Shown: positions 35,327 to 46,780 of the stretch, piece after piece
Position numbering within the stretch: position 1 is the stretch's first letter
Layout of the letters: each line of letters starts with the position of its first letter
DNA from: Escherichia coli
GTDB taxonomy: Bacteria; Pseudomonadota; Gammaproteobacteria; Enterobacterales; Enterobacteriaceae
Direction: 5' to 3' (one strand)
Assembly (NCBI RefSeq): GCF_016026235.1
Contig: NZ_CP065613.1
DNA length: 64,000 nucleotides
Notes under the pieces: generated by a model
Databases searched by the model: none
Told to the model about the DNA's origin: nothing
What the model saw: only the letters and a program-made list of their open reading frames with translations
Translations under genes and position numbers: made by a program

Positions 35327-36895
35327 ATGTTAGATATAGTCGAACTGTCGCGCTTACAGTTTGCCTTGACCGCGATGTACCACTTCCTTTTTGTGCCACT
35401 GACGCTCGGTATGGCGTTCCTGCTGGCCATTATGGAAACGGTCTACGTCCTCTCCGGCAAACAGATTTATAAAGATATGACCAAGTTCTGGGGCAAGTTG
35501 TTTGGTATCAACTTCGCTCTGGGTGTGGCTACCGGTCTGACCATGGAGTTCCAGTTCGGGACTAACTGGTCTTACTATTCCCACTATGTAGGGGATATCT
35601 TCGGTGCGCCGCTGGCAATCGAAGGTCTGATGGCCTTCTTCCTCGAATCCACCTTTGTAGGTCTGTTCTTCTTCGGTTGGGATCGTCTGGGTAAAGTTCA
35701 GCATATGTGTGTCACCTGGCTGGTGGCGCTCGGTTCAAACCTGTCCGCACTGTGGATTCTGGTTGCGAACGGCTGGATGCAAAACCCAATCGCGTCCGAT
35801 TTCAACTTTGAAACTATGCGTATGGAGATGGTGAGCTTCTCCGAGCTGGTGCTTAACCCGGTTGCTCAGGTGAAATTCGTTCACACTGTAGCGTCTGGTT
35901 ATGTGACTGGCGCGATGTTCATCCTCGGTATCAGCGCATGGTATATGCTGAAAGGTCGTGACTTCGCCTTCGCTAAACGCTCCTTTGCTATCGCTGCCAG
36001 CTTCGGTATGGCTGCTGTTCTGTCTGTTATTGTTCTGGGTGATGAATCCGGCTACGAAATGGGCGACGTGCAGAAAACCAAACTGGCTGCTATTGAAGCC
36101 GAGTGGGAAACGCAACCTGCGCCTGCTGCCTTTACTCTGTTCGGCATTCCTGATCAGGAAGAGGAGACGAACAAATTTGCGATTCAGATCCCTTACGCAC
36201 TGGGCATCATTGCAACGCGTTCCGTGGATACCCCGGTTATCGGCCTGAAAGAGCTGATGGTGCAGCATGAAGAACGCATTCGTAACGGGATGAAGGCGTA
36301 CTCTCTGCTCGAACAACTGCGTTCTGGTTCTACCGACCAGGCGGTTCGTGACCAGTTCAATAGCATGAAGAAAGACCTCGGTTACGGTCTGCTGCTGAAA
36401 CGCTATACGCCAAACGTGGCTGATGCGACTGAAGCGCAGATTCAACAGGCAACCAAAGACTCCATCCCGCGTGTAGCGCCGCTGTACTTTGCGTTCCGTA
36501 TCATGGTGGCGTGTGGCTTCCTGCTTCTGGCAATCATCGCGCTCTCTTTCTGGAGTGTCATCCGCAACCGCATTGGCGAGAAAAAATGGCTTCTGCGCGC
36601 CGCGCTGTACGGTATTCCGCTGCCGTGGATTGCTGTAGAAGCGGGCTGGTTCGTGGCTGAATATGGCCGCCAACCGTGGGCTATCGGTGAAGTGCTGCCG
36701 ACAGCTGTGGCGAACTCGTCACTGACCGCAGGCGATCTCATCTTCTCAATGGTGCTGATTTGCGGCCTGTATACTCTGTTCCTGGTGGCAGAATTGTTCT
36801 TAATGTTCAAGTTTGCACGCCTCGGCCCAAGCAGCCTGAAAACCGGTCGCTATCACTTTGAGCAGTCTTCCACGACTACTCAGCCGGCACGCTAA
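35327..36895 (+). CDS. cydA: Cytochrome bd-I ubiquinol oxidase subunit I
   Basis: Track ORF 35324..36895; start at [38 protein letters not shown]..., 522 aa. Confidence 0.96.
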
Positions 36896-36910
36896 GACAG
36901 GAGTCGTCAA

Positions 36911-38050
36911 ATGATCGATTATGAAGTATTGCGTTTTATCTGGTGGCTGCTGGTTGGCGTTCTGCTGATTGGTTTTGCAGTCACTGACGGTTTCGACATG
37001 GGGGTGGGCATGCTCACCCGTTTCCTCGGTCGTAACGACACCGAGCGTCGAATTATGATTAACTCCATTGCACCACACTGGGACGGTAACCAGGTTTGGC
37101 TGATCACCGCGGGCGGCGCACTCTTTGCTGCCTGGCCGATGGTCTATGCCGCTGCGTTCTCCGGCTTCTATGTGGCGATGATCCTCGTGCTGGCGTCTTT
37201 GTTCTTCCGTCCGGTCGGTTTTGACTACCGCTCCAAGATTGAAGAAACCCGCTGGCGTAACATGTGGGACTGGGGCATCTTCATTGGTAGCTTCGTTCCG
37301 CCGCTGGTAATTGGTGTAGCGTTCGGTAACCTGTTGCAGGGCGTACCGTTCAACGTTGATGAATATCTGCGTCTGTACTACACCGGTAACTTCTTCCAGT
37401 TGCTCAACCCGTTCGGCCTGCTGGCAGGCGTGGTGAGCGTAGGGATGATCATTACTCAGGGCGCAACCTATCTGCAAATGCGTACCGTGGGCGAACTGCA
37501 CCTGCGTACCCGTGCAACGGCTCAGGTGGCTGCGCTGGTGACACTGGTCTGTTTCGCACTGGCTGGCGTATGGGTGATGTACGGTATCGATGGTTATGTC
37601 GTGAAATCGACAATGGACCATTACGCAGCCTCTAACCCACTGAATAAAGAAGTGGTTCGTGAAGCTGGCGCATGGCTGGTTAACTTCAACAACACGCCAA
37701 TTCTGTGGGCTATTCCGGCACTGGGTGTGGTTCTGCCGCTGCTGACCATCCTGACTGCACGTATGGATAAAGCCGCGTGGGCGTTTGTGTTCTCCTCCCT
37801 GACGCTGGCCTGCATCATCCTGACAGCCGGTATCGCAATGTTCCCGTTTGTGATGCCGTCCAGCACCATGATGAACGCAAGTCTGACAATGTGGGATGCA
37901 ACTTCCAGCCAGCTGACGCTTAACGTCATGACCTGGGTTGCGGTGGTTCTGGTACCGATCATTCTGCTCTACACCGCCTGGTGTTACTGGAAAATGTTCG
38001 GTCGTATCACCAAAGAAGATATTGAACGTAACACCCACTCTCTGTACTAA
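36911..38050 (+). CDS. cydB: Cytochrome bd-I ubiquinol oxidase subunit II
   Basis: 379-aa ORF MIDYEVLRFIWWLLVGVLLIGFAVTDGFDMGVGML... Confidence 0.96.
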   Translation: MIDYEVLRFIWWLLVGVLLIGFAVTDGFDMGVGMLTRFLGRNDTERRIMINSIAPHWDGNQVWLITAGGALFAAWPMVYAAAFSGFYVAMILVLASLFFRPVGFDYRSKIEETRWRNMWDWGIFIGSFVPPLVIGVAFGNLLQGVPFNVDEYLRLYYTGNFFQLLNPFGLLAGVVSVGMIITQGATYLQMRTVGELHLRTRATAQVAALVTLVCFALAGVWVMYGIDGYVVKSTMDHYAASNPLNKEVVREAGAWLVNFNNTPILWAIPALGVVLPLLTILTARMDKAAWAFVFSSLTLACIILTAGIAMFPFVMPSSTMMNASLTMWDATSSQLTLNVMTWVAVVLVPIILLYTAWCYWKMFGRITKEDIERNTHSLY

Positions 38051-38064
38051 GTAAGGAGCTAAAA

Positions 38065-38178
38065 ATGTGGTATTTCGCATGGATTCTGGGAACGCTTCTT
38101 GCCTGTTCGTTTGGGGTAATCACCGCGCTGGCGCTTGAACACGTCGAATCAGGCAAAGCCGGTCAAGAAGACATCTGA
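38065..38178 (+). CDS. cydX: Cytochrome bd-I accessory subunit CydX, 37 aa
   Basis: Read by eye: gtaaggagctaaaa-ATG then MWYFAWILGTLLACSFGVITALALEHVESGKAGQEDI; SD 8 nt upstream; stop overlaps ybgE start (TGATG). Below the ORF-track length cut-off. Confidence 0.85.
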   Translation: MWYFAWILGTLLACSFGVITALALEHVESGKAGQEDI

Positions 38179-38471
38179 TGAGTAAGATTATCGCGACCTT
38201 GTATGCGGTAATGGACAAGCGCCCCCTGCGGGCGCTTTCCTTCGTGATGGCGCTTCTGTTAGCAGGATGTATGTTTTGGGACCCATCTCGTTTTGCCGCG
38301 AAGACCAGTGAACTGGAAATCTGGCATGGTTTATTGCTGATGTGGGCCGTCTGTGCTGGTGTGATTCACGGCGTGGGCTTTCGTCCGCAGAAGGTTCTTT
38401 GGCAAGGGATTTTTTGCCCATTGCTTGCCGATATTGTTCTCATTGTCGGGCTGATTTTCTTCTTCTTTTAA
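38178..38471 (+). CDS. ybgE: Small membrane protein YbgE (cyd operon protein, function unknown)
   Basis: 97-aa ORF MSKIIATLYAVMDKRPLRALSFVMALLLAGCMFWDPSRF...; hydrophobic. Confidence 0.85.
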   Translation: MSKIIATLYAVMDKRPLRALSFVMALLLAGCMFWDPSRFAAKTSELEIWHGLLLMWAVCAGVIHGVGFRPQKVLWQGIFCPLLADIVLIVGLIFFFF

Positions 38472-38489
38472 ATCAGAATTCTCTTTAAA

Positions 38490-38523
38490 AAATTATGGGC
38501 CGCTCCAGGCCCATAAATTTTTA
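38490..38523 (+). terminator. Rho-independent terminator of the cydABX-ybgE operon
   Basis: Hairpin atgggccgctccaggcccat followed by aaattttta. Confidence 0.7.
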
Positions 38524-38620
38524 CGCTCCCTTAACTTGCCCTCATTCCCAAACCTCAATCGCGCGCGTATAGTAGCAGCGTTTAAAAGCTCTAACTTTTG
38601 TTGCATTACCGGGATGTAAA

Positions 38621-39714
<1,094 letters not shown>

Positions 39715-39717
39715 GCC

Positions 39718-40146
39718 ATGGCCAGAGCGCGTGGACGAGGTCGTCGCGATCTCAAGTCCGAAATCAACATTGTACCGTTGCTGGACGTACTGCTGGTGCT
39801 GTTGCTGATCTTTATGGCGACAGCGCCCATCATCACCCAGAGCGTGGAGGTCGATCTGCCAGACGCTACTGAATCACAGGCGGTGAGCAGTAACGATAAT
39901 CCGCCAGTGATTGTTGAAGTGTCTGGTATTGGTCAGTACACCGTGGTGGTTGAGAAAGATCGCCTGGAGCGTTTACCACCAGAGCAGGTGGTGGCGGAAG
40001 TGTCCAGCCGTTTCAAGGCCAACCCGAAAACGGTCTTTCTGATCGGTGGCGCAAAAGATGTGCCTTACGATGAAATAATTAAAGCACTGAACTTGTTACA
40101 TAGTGCGGGTGTGAAATCGGTTGGTTTAATGACGCAGCCTATCTAA
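39718..40146 (+). CDS. tolR: Tol-Pal system protein TolR (ExbD family)
   Basis: 142-aa ORF MARARGRGRRDLKSEINIVPLLDVLLVLLLIFMATAPIITQS... Confidence 0.96.
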   Translation: MARARGRGRRDLKSEINIVPLLDVLLVLLLIFMATAPIITQSVEVDLPDATESQAVSSNDNPPVIVEVSGIGQYTVVVEKDRLERLPPEQVVAEVSSRFKANPKTVFLIGGAKDVPYDEIIKALNLLHSAGVKSVGLMTQPI

Positions 40147-40210
40147 ACATCTGCGTTTCCCTTGCTTGAAAGAGAGCGGGTAACAGGCGAACAGTTTTTG
40201 GAAACCGAGA

Positions 40211-41476
40211 GTGTCAAAGGCAACCGAACAAAACGACAAGCTCAAGCGGGCGATAATTATTTCAGCAGTGCTGCATGTCATCTTATTTGCGGCGCTGATC
40301 TGGAGTTCGTTCGATGAGAATATAGAAGCTTCAGCCGGAGGCGGCGGTGGTTCGTCCATCGACGCTGTTATGGTTGATTCAGGTGCGGTAGTTGAGCAGT
40401 ACAAACGCATGCAAAGCCAGGAATCAAGTGCGAAGCGTTCTGATGAACAGCGCAAGATGAAGGAACAGCAGGCTGCTGAAGAACTGCGTGAGAAACAAGC
40501 GGCTGAACAGGAACGCCTGAAGCAACTTGAGAAAGAGCGGTTAGCTGCTCAGGAACAGAAAAAGCAGGCTGAAGAAGCCGCAAAACAGGCCGAGTTAAAG
40601 CAGAAGCAAGCGGAAGAGGCGGCAGCGAAAGCGGCGGCAGATGCTAAAGCGAAGGCCGAAGCGGATGCTAAAGCTGCGGAAGATGCAGCGAAGAAAGCGG
40701 CTGCAGATGCGAAGAAAAAAGCAGAAGCAGAAGCCGCCAAAGCCGCAGCCGAAGCGCAGAAAAAAGCCGAGGCAGCCGCTGCGGCGCTGAAGAAGAAAGC
40801 GGAAGCGGCAGAAGCAGCTGCAGCTGAAGCAAGAAAGAAAGCGGCAACTGAAGCTGCTGAAAAAGCCAAGGCAGAAGCTGAGAAGAAAGCGGCTGCTGAA
40901 AAGGCTGCAGCTGATAAGAAAGCGGCAGCAGAGAAAGCTGCAGCCGACAAAAAAGCAGCAGAAAAAGCGGCTGCTGAAAAGGCAGCAGCTGATAAGAAAG
41001 CAGCGGCAGAAAAAGCCGCCGCAGACAAAAAAGCGGCAGCGGCAAAAGCTGCAGCTGAAAAAGCCGCTGCAGCAAAAGCGGCCGCAGAGGCAGATGATAT
41101 TTTCGGTGAGCTAAGCTCTGGTAAGAATGCACCGAAAACGGGGGGAGGGGCGAAAGGGAACAATGCTTCGCCTGCCGGGAGTGGTAATACTAAAAACAAT
41201 GGCGCATCAGGGGCCGATATCAATAACTATGCCGGGCAGATTAAATCTGCTATCGAAAGTAAGTTCTATGACGCATCGTCCTATGCAGGCAAAACCTGTA
41301 CGCTGCGCATAAAACTGGCACCCGATGGTATGTTACTGGATATCAAACCTGAAGGTGGCGATCCCGCACTTTGTCAGGCTGCGTTGGCAGCAGCTAAACT
41401 TGCGAAGATCCCGAAACCACCAAGCCAGGCAGTATATGAAGTGTTCAAAAACGCGCCATTGGACTTCAAACCGTAA
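40211..41476 (+). CDS. tolA: Tol-Pal system protein TolA
   Basis: 421-aa ORF with GTG start; N-terminal TM anchor, long Ala/Lys/Glu-rich helical domain II, C-terminal domain III. Confidence 0.95.
   Translation: MSKATEQNDKLKRAIIISAVLHVILFAALIWSSFDENIEASAGGGGGSSIDAVMVDSGAVVEQYKRMQSQESSAKRSDEQRKMKEQQAAEELREKQAAEQERLKQLEKERLAAQEQKKQAEEAAKQAELKQKQAEEAAAKAAADAKAKAEADAKAAEDAAKKAAADAKKKAEAEAAKAAAEAQKKAEAAAAALKKKAEAAEAAAAEARKKAATEAAEKAKAEAEKKAAAEKAAADKKAAAEKAAADKKAAEKAAAEKAAADKKAAAEKAAADKKAAAAKAAAEKAAAAKAAAEADDIFGELSSGKNAPKTGGGAKGNNASPAGSGNTKNNGASGADINNYAGQIKSAIESKFYDASSYAGKTCTLRIKLAPDGMLLDIKPEGGDPALCQAALAAAKLAKIPKPPSQAVYEVFKNAPLDFKP
40550..41090 (+). repeat. Low-complexity tandem-repeat coding region of tolA domain II
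   Basis: Reiterated gct/gca/gaa/aaa codon blocks (e.g. gaaaaggctgcagctgataagaaagcggcagcagagaaagctgcagccgacaaaaaagc...) encoding (KKAAAEKAAAD)n-like repeats. Confidence 0.8.
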
Positions 41477-41608
41477 TCGCGATGTTGACTGTTCGGACGG
41501 TCAACATCAGGCACCGGTTGCCACGGGGTTCTGGTAGTTTTGTGTATTTTAGTTTGTTAACATTCTGCTAAATTATCGTGGGCCATCGGTCCAGATAAGG
41601 GAGATATG

Positions 41609-42901
41609 ATGAAGCAGGCATTACGAGTAGCATTTGGTTTTCTCATACTGTGGGCATCAGTTCTGCATGCTGAAGTCCGCATTGTGATCGACAGCGGTGT
41701 AGATTCCGGTCGTCCTATTGGTGTTGTTCCTTTCCAGTGGGCGGGGCCTGGTGCGGCACCTGAAGATATTGGCGGCATCGTTGCTGCTGACTTGCGTAAC
41801 AGCGGTAAATTTAATCCGTTAGATCGCGCTCGTCTGCCACAGCAGCCGGGTAGTGCGCAGGAAGTACAACCAGCTGCATGGTCCGCACTGGGCATTGACG
41901 CTGTAGTTGTCGGTCAGGTCACTCCGAATCCGGATGGTTCTTACAATGTTGCTTATCAACTTGTTGACACTGGCGGCGCACCGGGTACTGTACTTGCTCA
42001 GAACTCGTACAAAGTGAACAAGCAGTGGCTGCGTTATGCTGGTCATACCGCCAGTGATGAAGTGTTTGAAAAACTGACCGGCATTAAAGGTGCGTTCCGT
42101 ACCCGTATTGCCTACGTTGTTCAGACCAACGGCGGTCAGTTCCCGTATGAACTGCGCGTATCTGACTATGACGGTTACAACCAGTTTGTCGTTCACCGTT
42201 CACCGCAGCCGCTGATGTCTCCGGCGTGGTCACCAGACGGTTCTAAACTGGCTTATGTGACCTTCGAAAGCGGTCGTTCCGCGCTGGTTATTCAGACGCT
42301 GGCAAATGGCGCTGTACGTCAGGTGGCTTCATTCCCGCGTCACAACGGTGCACCTGCATTCTCGCCAGACGGCAGCAAACTGGCATTCGCCTTGTCGAAA
42401 ACCGGTAGTCTGAACCTGTACGTAATGGATTTGGCTTCTGGTCAGATCCGCCAGGTGACTGATGGTCGCAGTAACAATACCGAACCGACCTGGTTCCCGG
42501 ATAGCCAGAACCTGGCATTTACTTCTGACCAGGCCGGTCGTCCGCAGGTTTATAAAGTGAATATCAACGGCGGTGCGCCACAACGTATTACCTGGGAAGG
42601 TTCGCAGAACCAGGATGCGGATGTCAGCAGCGACGGTAAATTTATGGTAATGGTCAGCTCCAATGGTGGGCAGCAGCACATTGCCAAACAAGATCTGGCA
42701 ACGGGAGGCGTACAAGTTCTGTCGTCCACGTTCCTGGATGAAACGCCAAGTCTGGCACCTAACGGCACTATGGTAATCTACAGCTCTTCTCAGGGGATGG
42801 GATCCGTGCTGAATTTGGTTTCTACAGATGGGCGTTTCAAAGCGCGTCTTCCGGCAACTGATGGACAGGTCAAATTCCCTGCCTGGTCGCCGTATCTGTG
42901 A
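41609..42901 (+). CDS. tolB: Tol-Pal system periplasmic beta-propeller protein TolB
   Basis: Track ORF 41606..42901; start at [21 protein letters not shown] (signal peptide), 430 aa. Confidence 0.95.
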   Translation: MKQALRVAFGFLILWASVLHAEVRIVIDSGVDSGRPIGVVPFQWAGPGAAPEDIGGIVAADLRNSGKFNPLDRARLPQQPGSAQEVQPAAWSALGIDAVVVGQVTPNPDGSYNVAYQLVDTGGAPGTVLAQNSYKVNKQWLRYAGHTASDEVFEKLTGIKGAFRTRIAYVVQTNGGQFPYELRVSDYDGYNQFVVHRSPQPLMSPAWSPDGSKLAYVTFESGRSALVIQTLANGAVRQVASFPRHNGAPAFSPDGSKLAFALSKTGSLNLYVMDLASGQIRQVTDGRSNNTEPTWFPDSQNLAFTSDQAGRPQVYKVNINGGAPQRITWEGSQNQDADVSSDGKFMVMVSSNGGQQHIAKQDLATGGVQVLSSTFLDETPSLAPNGTMVIYSSSQGMGSVLNLVSTDGRFKARLPATDGQVKFPAWSPYL

Positions 42902-42911
42902 TAATAATTAA

Positions 42912-43457
<546 letters not shown>

Positions 43458-43466
43458 GAGAATTGC

Positions 43467-44258
43467 ATGAGCAGTAACTTCAGACATCAACTATTGAGTC
43501 TGTCGTTACTGGTTGGTATAGCGGCCCCCTGGGCCGCTTTTGCTCAGGCACCAATCAGTAGTGTCGGCTCAGGCTCGGTCGAAGACCGCGTCACTCAACT
43601 TGAGCGTATTTCTAATGCTCACAGCCAGCTTTTAACCCAACTCCAGCAACAACTTTCTGATAATCAATCCGATATTGATTCCCTGCGTGGTCAGATTCAG
43701 GAAAATCAGTATCAACTGAATCAGGTCGTGGAGCGGCAAAAGCAGATCCTGTTGCAGATCGACAGCCTCAGCAGCGGTGGTGCAGCGGCGCAATCAACCA
43801 GCAGCGATCAAAGCGGTGCGGCGGCATCAACGACGCCGACAGCTGATGCTGGTACTGCGAATGCTGGCGCGCCGGTGAAAAGCGGTGATGCAAACACGGA
43901 TTACAATGCAGCTATTGCGCTGGTGCAGGATAAATCCCGCCAGGATGACGCAATGGTGGCATTTCAGAATTTCATCAAAAATTACCCTGATTCAACTTAC
44001 CTGCCAAACGCCAATTATTGGCTGGGTCAGTTAAACTACAACAAGGGTAAAAAAGATGATGCGGCGTACTATTTTGCTTCGGTAGTGAAAAACTATCCGA
44101 AGTCACCAAAGGCTGCTGATGCGATGTTTAAAGTCGGCGTCATCATGCAGGACAAAGGTGACACCGCAAAAGCGAAAGCCGTATACCAGCAGGTTATCAG
44201 TAAATACCCTGGTACTGATGGCGCTAAACAGGCACAAAAACGTCTGAACGCGATGTAA
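43467..44258 (+). CDS. cpoB: Cell division coordinator CpoB (YbgF), TPR-repeat periplasmic protein
   Basis: 263-aa ORF MSSNFRHQLLSLSLLVGIAAPWAAFAQAPISS... with coiled-coil and TPR region. Confidence 0.93.
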   Translation: MSSNFRHQLLSLSLLVGIAAPWAAFAQAPISSVGSGSVEDRVTQLERISNAHSQLLTQLQQQLSDNQSDIDSLRGQIQENQYQLNQVVERQKQILLQIDSLSSGGAAAQSTSSDQSGAAASTTPTADAGTANAGAPVKSGDANTDYNAAIALVQDKSRQDDAMVAFQNFIKNYPDSTYLPNANYWLGQLNYNKGKKDDAAYYFASVVKNYPKSPKAADAMFKVGVIMQDKGDTAKAKAVYQQVISKYPGTDGAKQAQKRLNAM

Positions 44259-44261
44259 TGC

Positions 44262-44302
44262 ATAACACACGACCAGAAGTCGCATTATTTCTGGTCGTGT
44301 CG
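44262..44302 (+). terminator. Rho-independent terminator after cpoB
   Basis: Hairpin acacgaccagaa...ttctggtcgtgt immediately after the cpoB stop. Confidence 0.6.
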
Positions 44303-44422
44303 TGCGAATCATAAGCAGTTGAGTGATCTGCATCGAAATTTTTGTTGCGCTCAAGTCTGAAATCAGTAATATATGCCGCCGTTGCCACGGGATATCAAAC
44401 AAACCGAAAGCAACGAAAAAGT

Positions 44423-44498
44423 GGGTCGTTAGCTCAGTTGGTAGAGCAGTTGACTTTTAATCAATTGGTCGCAGGTTCGAATCCTGCACGACCCACCA
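44423..44498 (+). tRNA. lysT: tRNA-Lys (anticodon UUU)
   Basis: gggtcgttagctcagttggtagagcagttgacttttaatcaattggtcgcaggttcgaatcctgcacgacccacca; cloverleaf with TTT anticodon and encoded CCA. Confidence 0.95.
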
Positions 44499-44526
44499 AT
44501 CGCTAAGGTGGAAGCGGTAGTAAAAC

Positions 44527-44598
44527 GTGAAGGATAACGTTGCATCAGCAACGGCCCGAAGGGCGAGACGAAGTCGAGTCATCCTGCACGACCCACCA
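44527..44598 (+). repeat. Spacer repeat copy 1 ending in a pseudo-tRNA-Lys 3' end
   Basis: gtgaaggataacgttgcatcagcaacggcccgaagggcgagacgaagtcgagtcATCCTGCACGACCCACCA; last 18 nt identical to the 3' end of tRNA-Lys. Confidence 0.8.
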
Positions 44599-44633
44599 CT
44601 AACATAGTTAGTTGTAGTATCCAGCGTAGTATT

Positions 44634-44709
44634 GGGTGATTAGCTCAGCTGGGAGAGCACCTCCCTTACAAGGAGGGGGTCGGCGGTTCGATCCCGTCAT
44701 CACCCACCA
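44634..44709 (+). tRNA. valT: tRNA-Val (anticodon UAC)
   Basis: gggtgattagctcagctgggagagcacctcccttacaaggagggggtcggcggttcgatcccgtcatcacccacca. Confidence 0.95.
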
Positions 44710-44711
44710 CC

Positions 44712-44787
44712 GGGTCGTTAGCTCAGTTGGTAGAGCAGTTGACTTTTAATCAATTGGTCGCAGGTTCGAATCCTGCACGACCCACCA
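44712..44787 (+). tRNA. lysW: tRNA-Lys (anticodon UUU)
   Basis: Identical to the lysT sequence; starts 2 nt after valT. Confidence 0.95.
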
Positions 44788-44815
44788 GTTTTAGCATCGA
44801 AGACAGATGTTAAGC

Positions 44816-44885
44816 GTGTAGGATAACGTTGCGTCAGCAACGGCCCGTAGGGCGAGCGAAGCGAGTCATCCTGCACGACCCACCA
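44816..44885 (+). repeat. Spacer repeat copy 2 ending in a pseudo-tRNA-Lys 3' end
   Basis: Near-identical to copy 1, with a few substitutions. Confidence 0.8.
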
Positions 44886-44936
44886 CTAATTACGGTGGGT
44901 TCGGTGGAAGTAGTTTGTAGTATCCAGCGCAGTATC

Positions 44937-45012
44937 GGGTGATTAGCTCAGCTGGGAGAGCACCTCCCTTACAAGGAGGGGGTCGGCGGTTCGATCCCGT
45001 CATCACCCACCA
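44937..45012 (+). tRNA. valZ: tRNA-Val (anticodon UAC)
   Basis: Identical to the valT sequence. Confidence 0.95.
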
Positions 45013-45015
45013 CTC

Positions 45016-45091
45016 GGGTCGTTAGCTCAGTTGGTAGAGCAGTTGACTTTTAATCAATTGGTCGCAGGTTCGAATCCTGCACGACCCACCA
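45016..45091 (+). tRNA. lysY: tRNA-Lys (anticodon UUU)
   Basis: Identical to the lysT sequence; 3 nt after valZ. Confidence 0.95.
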
Positions 45092-45119
45092 ATTTTAACA
45101 TCAAACTCAGATGTTAAGC

Positions 45120-45189
45120 GTGAAGGATAACGTTGCGCCAGCAACGGCCCGAAGGGCGAGCGAAGCGAGTCATCCTGCACGACCCACCA
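45120..45189 (+). repeat. Spacer repeat copy 3 ending in a pseudo-tRNA-Lys 3' end
   Basis: Near-identical to copies 1 and 2. Confidence 0.8.
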
Positions 45190-45237
45190 ATCTTAAAGAT
45201 TGGCCCCGAGTAAAAATCTTTCAGGTAACACCCGTAT

Positions 45238-45313
45238 GGGTCGTTAGCTCAGTTGGTAGAGCAGTTGACTTTTAATCAATTGGTCGCAGGTTCGAATCCT
45301 GCACGACCCACCA
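45238..45313 (+). tRNA. lysZ: tRNA-Lys (anticodon UUU)
   Basis: Identical to the lysT sequence. Confidence 0.95.
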
Positions 45314-45346
45314 TCCTGAATGATTAAAGCAGCATAATCCCGCAAG

Positions 45347-45422
45347 GGGTCGTTAGCTCAGTTGGTAGAGCAGTTGACTTTTAATCAATTGGTCGCAGGT
45401 TCGAATCCTGCACGACCCACCA
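45347..45422 (+). tRNA. lysQ: tRNA-Lys (anticodon UUU)
   Basis: Identical to the lysT sequence; last gene of the array. Confidence 0.95.
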
Positions 45423-45424
45423 AT

Positions 45425-45455
45425 GTAAAAAAGCGCCCTAAAGGCGCTTTTTTGC
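45425..45455 (+). terminator. Rho-independent terminator of the tRNA array
   Basis: aaaaaagcgccctaaaggcgcttttttg, a perfect hairpin with T-tract 3 nt after lysQ. Confidence 0.8.
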
Positions 45456-45609
45456 TATTCAGGCATCTCTCAATTTCAATTCTTGACCCTGATGACATAC
45501 TCCGCGCTTGCTGCGTAAACAACTTTACGTCGGAGGAATAAGACGCAAAGTGTGGCATTCGGCATCTCATACGTAATTCGAGTGACTTTTCCCCACCATT
45601 CGACTATCT

Positions 45610-45627
45610 TGTTTAGCATATAAAACA
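45610..45627. promoter_or_regulatory. Probable NadR operator upstream of nadA
   Basis: TGTTTA-gcatat-AAAACA, close to the TGTTTA-N6-TAAACA palindrome, about 75 nt upstream of the nadA start. Confidence 0.5.
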
Positions 45628-45699
45628 AATCACGCCGATAACAGCGAATATCACGCTAATGTCGGTTTTAACGTTAAGCCTGTAAAACGAGATGGTAAG

Positions 45700-46743
45700 A
45701 TGAGCGTGATGTTTGATCCAGACACGGCGATTTATCCTTTCCCCCCGAAGCCGACGCCGTTAAGCATTGATGAAAAAGCGTATTACCGCGAGAAGATAAA
45801 ACGTCTGCTAAAAGAACGTAATGCGGTGATGGTTGCCCACTACTATACCGATCCCGAAATTCAACAACTGGCAGAAGAAACCGGTGGCTGTATTTCTGAT
45901 TCTTTGGAAATGGCGCGCTTCGGTGCAAAGCATCCCGCCTCTACGTTGTTAGTCGCTGGGGTGAGATTTATGGGAGAAACCGCCAAAATTCTCAGTCCGG
46001 AAAAAACAATTCTGATGCCGACACTTCAGGCTGAATGTTCACTGGATCTCGGCTGCCCTGTTGAAGAATTTAACGCATTTTGCGATGCCCATCCCGATCA
46101 TACTGTCGTCGTCTACGCCAACACTTCTGCTGCGGTAAAAGCGCGGGCAGATTGGGTGGTAACTTCAAGCATTGCCGTCGAACTTATTGATCATCTGGAT
46201 AGTTTGGGTGAAAAAATCATCTGGGCACCCGACAAACATCTGGGGCGTTACGTGCAAAAACAGACGGGCGCAGACATTTTATGCTGGCAGGGTGCCTGCA
46301 TTGTGCATGATGAATTTAAGACTCAGGCGTTAACCCGCTTGCAAGAAGAATACCCGGATGCTGCCATACTGGTGCATCCAGAATCACCACAAGCTATTGT
46401 CGATATGGCGGATGCGGTCGGTTCCACCAGTCAACTGATCGCTGCTGCGAAAACATTGCCACATCAGAGGCTTATTGTGGCAACCGATCGGGGTATTTTC
46501 TACAAAATGCAGCAGGCGGTGCCAGATAAAGAGTTACTGGAAGCACCAACCGCGGGTGAGGGCGCAACCTGCCGCAGCTGCGCGCATTGTCCGTGGATGG
46601 CCATGAATGGCCTTCAGGCTATCGCAGAGGCATTAGAACAGGAAGGAAGTAATCACGAGGTTCATGTCGATGAGAGGCTGCGAGAGAGGGCGCTGGTGCC
46701 GCTCAATCGTATGCTGGATTTTGCGGCTACACTACGTGGATAA
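45700..46743 (+). CDS. nadA: Quinolinate synthase A
   Basis: 347-aa [66 protein letters not shown]... Confidence 0.96.
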   Translation: MSVMFDPDTAIYPFPPKPTPLSIDEKAYYREKIKRLLKERNAVMVAHYYTDPEIQQLAEETGGCISDSLEMARFGAKHPASTLLVAGVRFMGETAKILSPEKTILMPTLQAECSLDLGCPVEEFNAFCDAHPDHTVVVYANTSAAVKARADWVVTSSIAVELIDHLDSLGEKIIWAPDKHLGRYVQKQTGADILCWQGACIVHDEFKTQALTRLQEEYPDAAILVHPESPQAIVDMADAVGSTSQLIAAAKTLPHQRLIVATDRGIFYKMQQAVPDKELLEAPTAGEGATCRSCAHCPWMAMNGLQAIAEALEQEGSNHEVHVDERLRERALVPLNRMLDFAATLRG

Positions 46744-46780
46744 CGAATAATAAGGCGTAACGTTACGCTTTGGGGGAAAG

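Noticed and set aside
40549-41223. Minus-strand ORFs of 224 and 154 aa (Ala/Ser/Phe-rich or Leu/Pro/Gln-rich) and the apparent tandem repeat array in 40550-41090
   Set aside because: These are antisense readings of the repetitive tolA domain II coding sequence. The repeats are codon-level protein repeats, not CRISPR or a satellite: no fixed-length spacers and no cas genes.
44423-45422. Possible CRISPR-like array (regularly spaced identical 76-bp units)
   Set aside because: The repeated units are bona fide tRNA-Lys and tRNA-Val genes with cloverleaf structure and anticodons; the spacers are the tRNA operon spacers.
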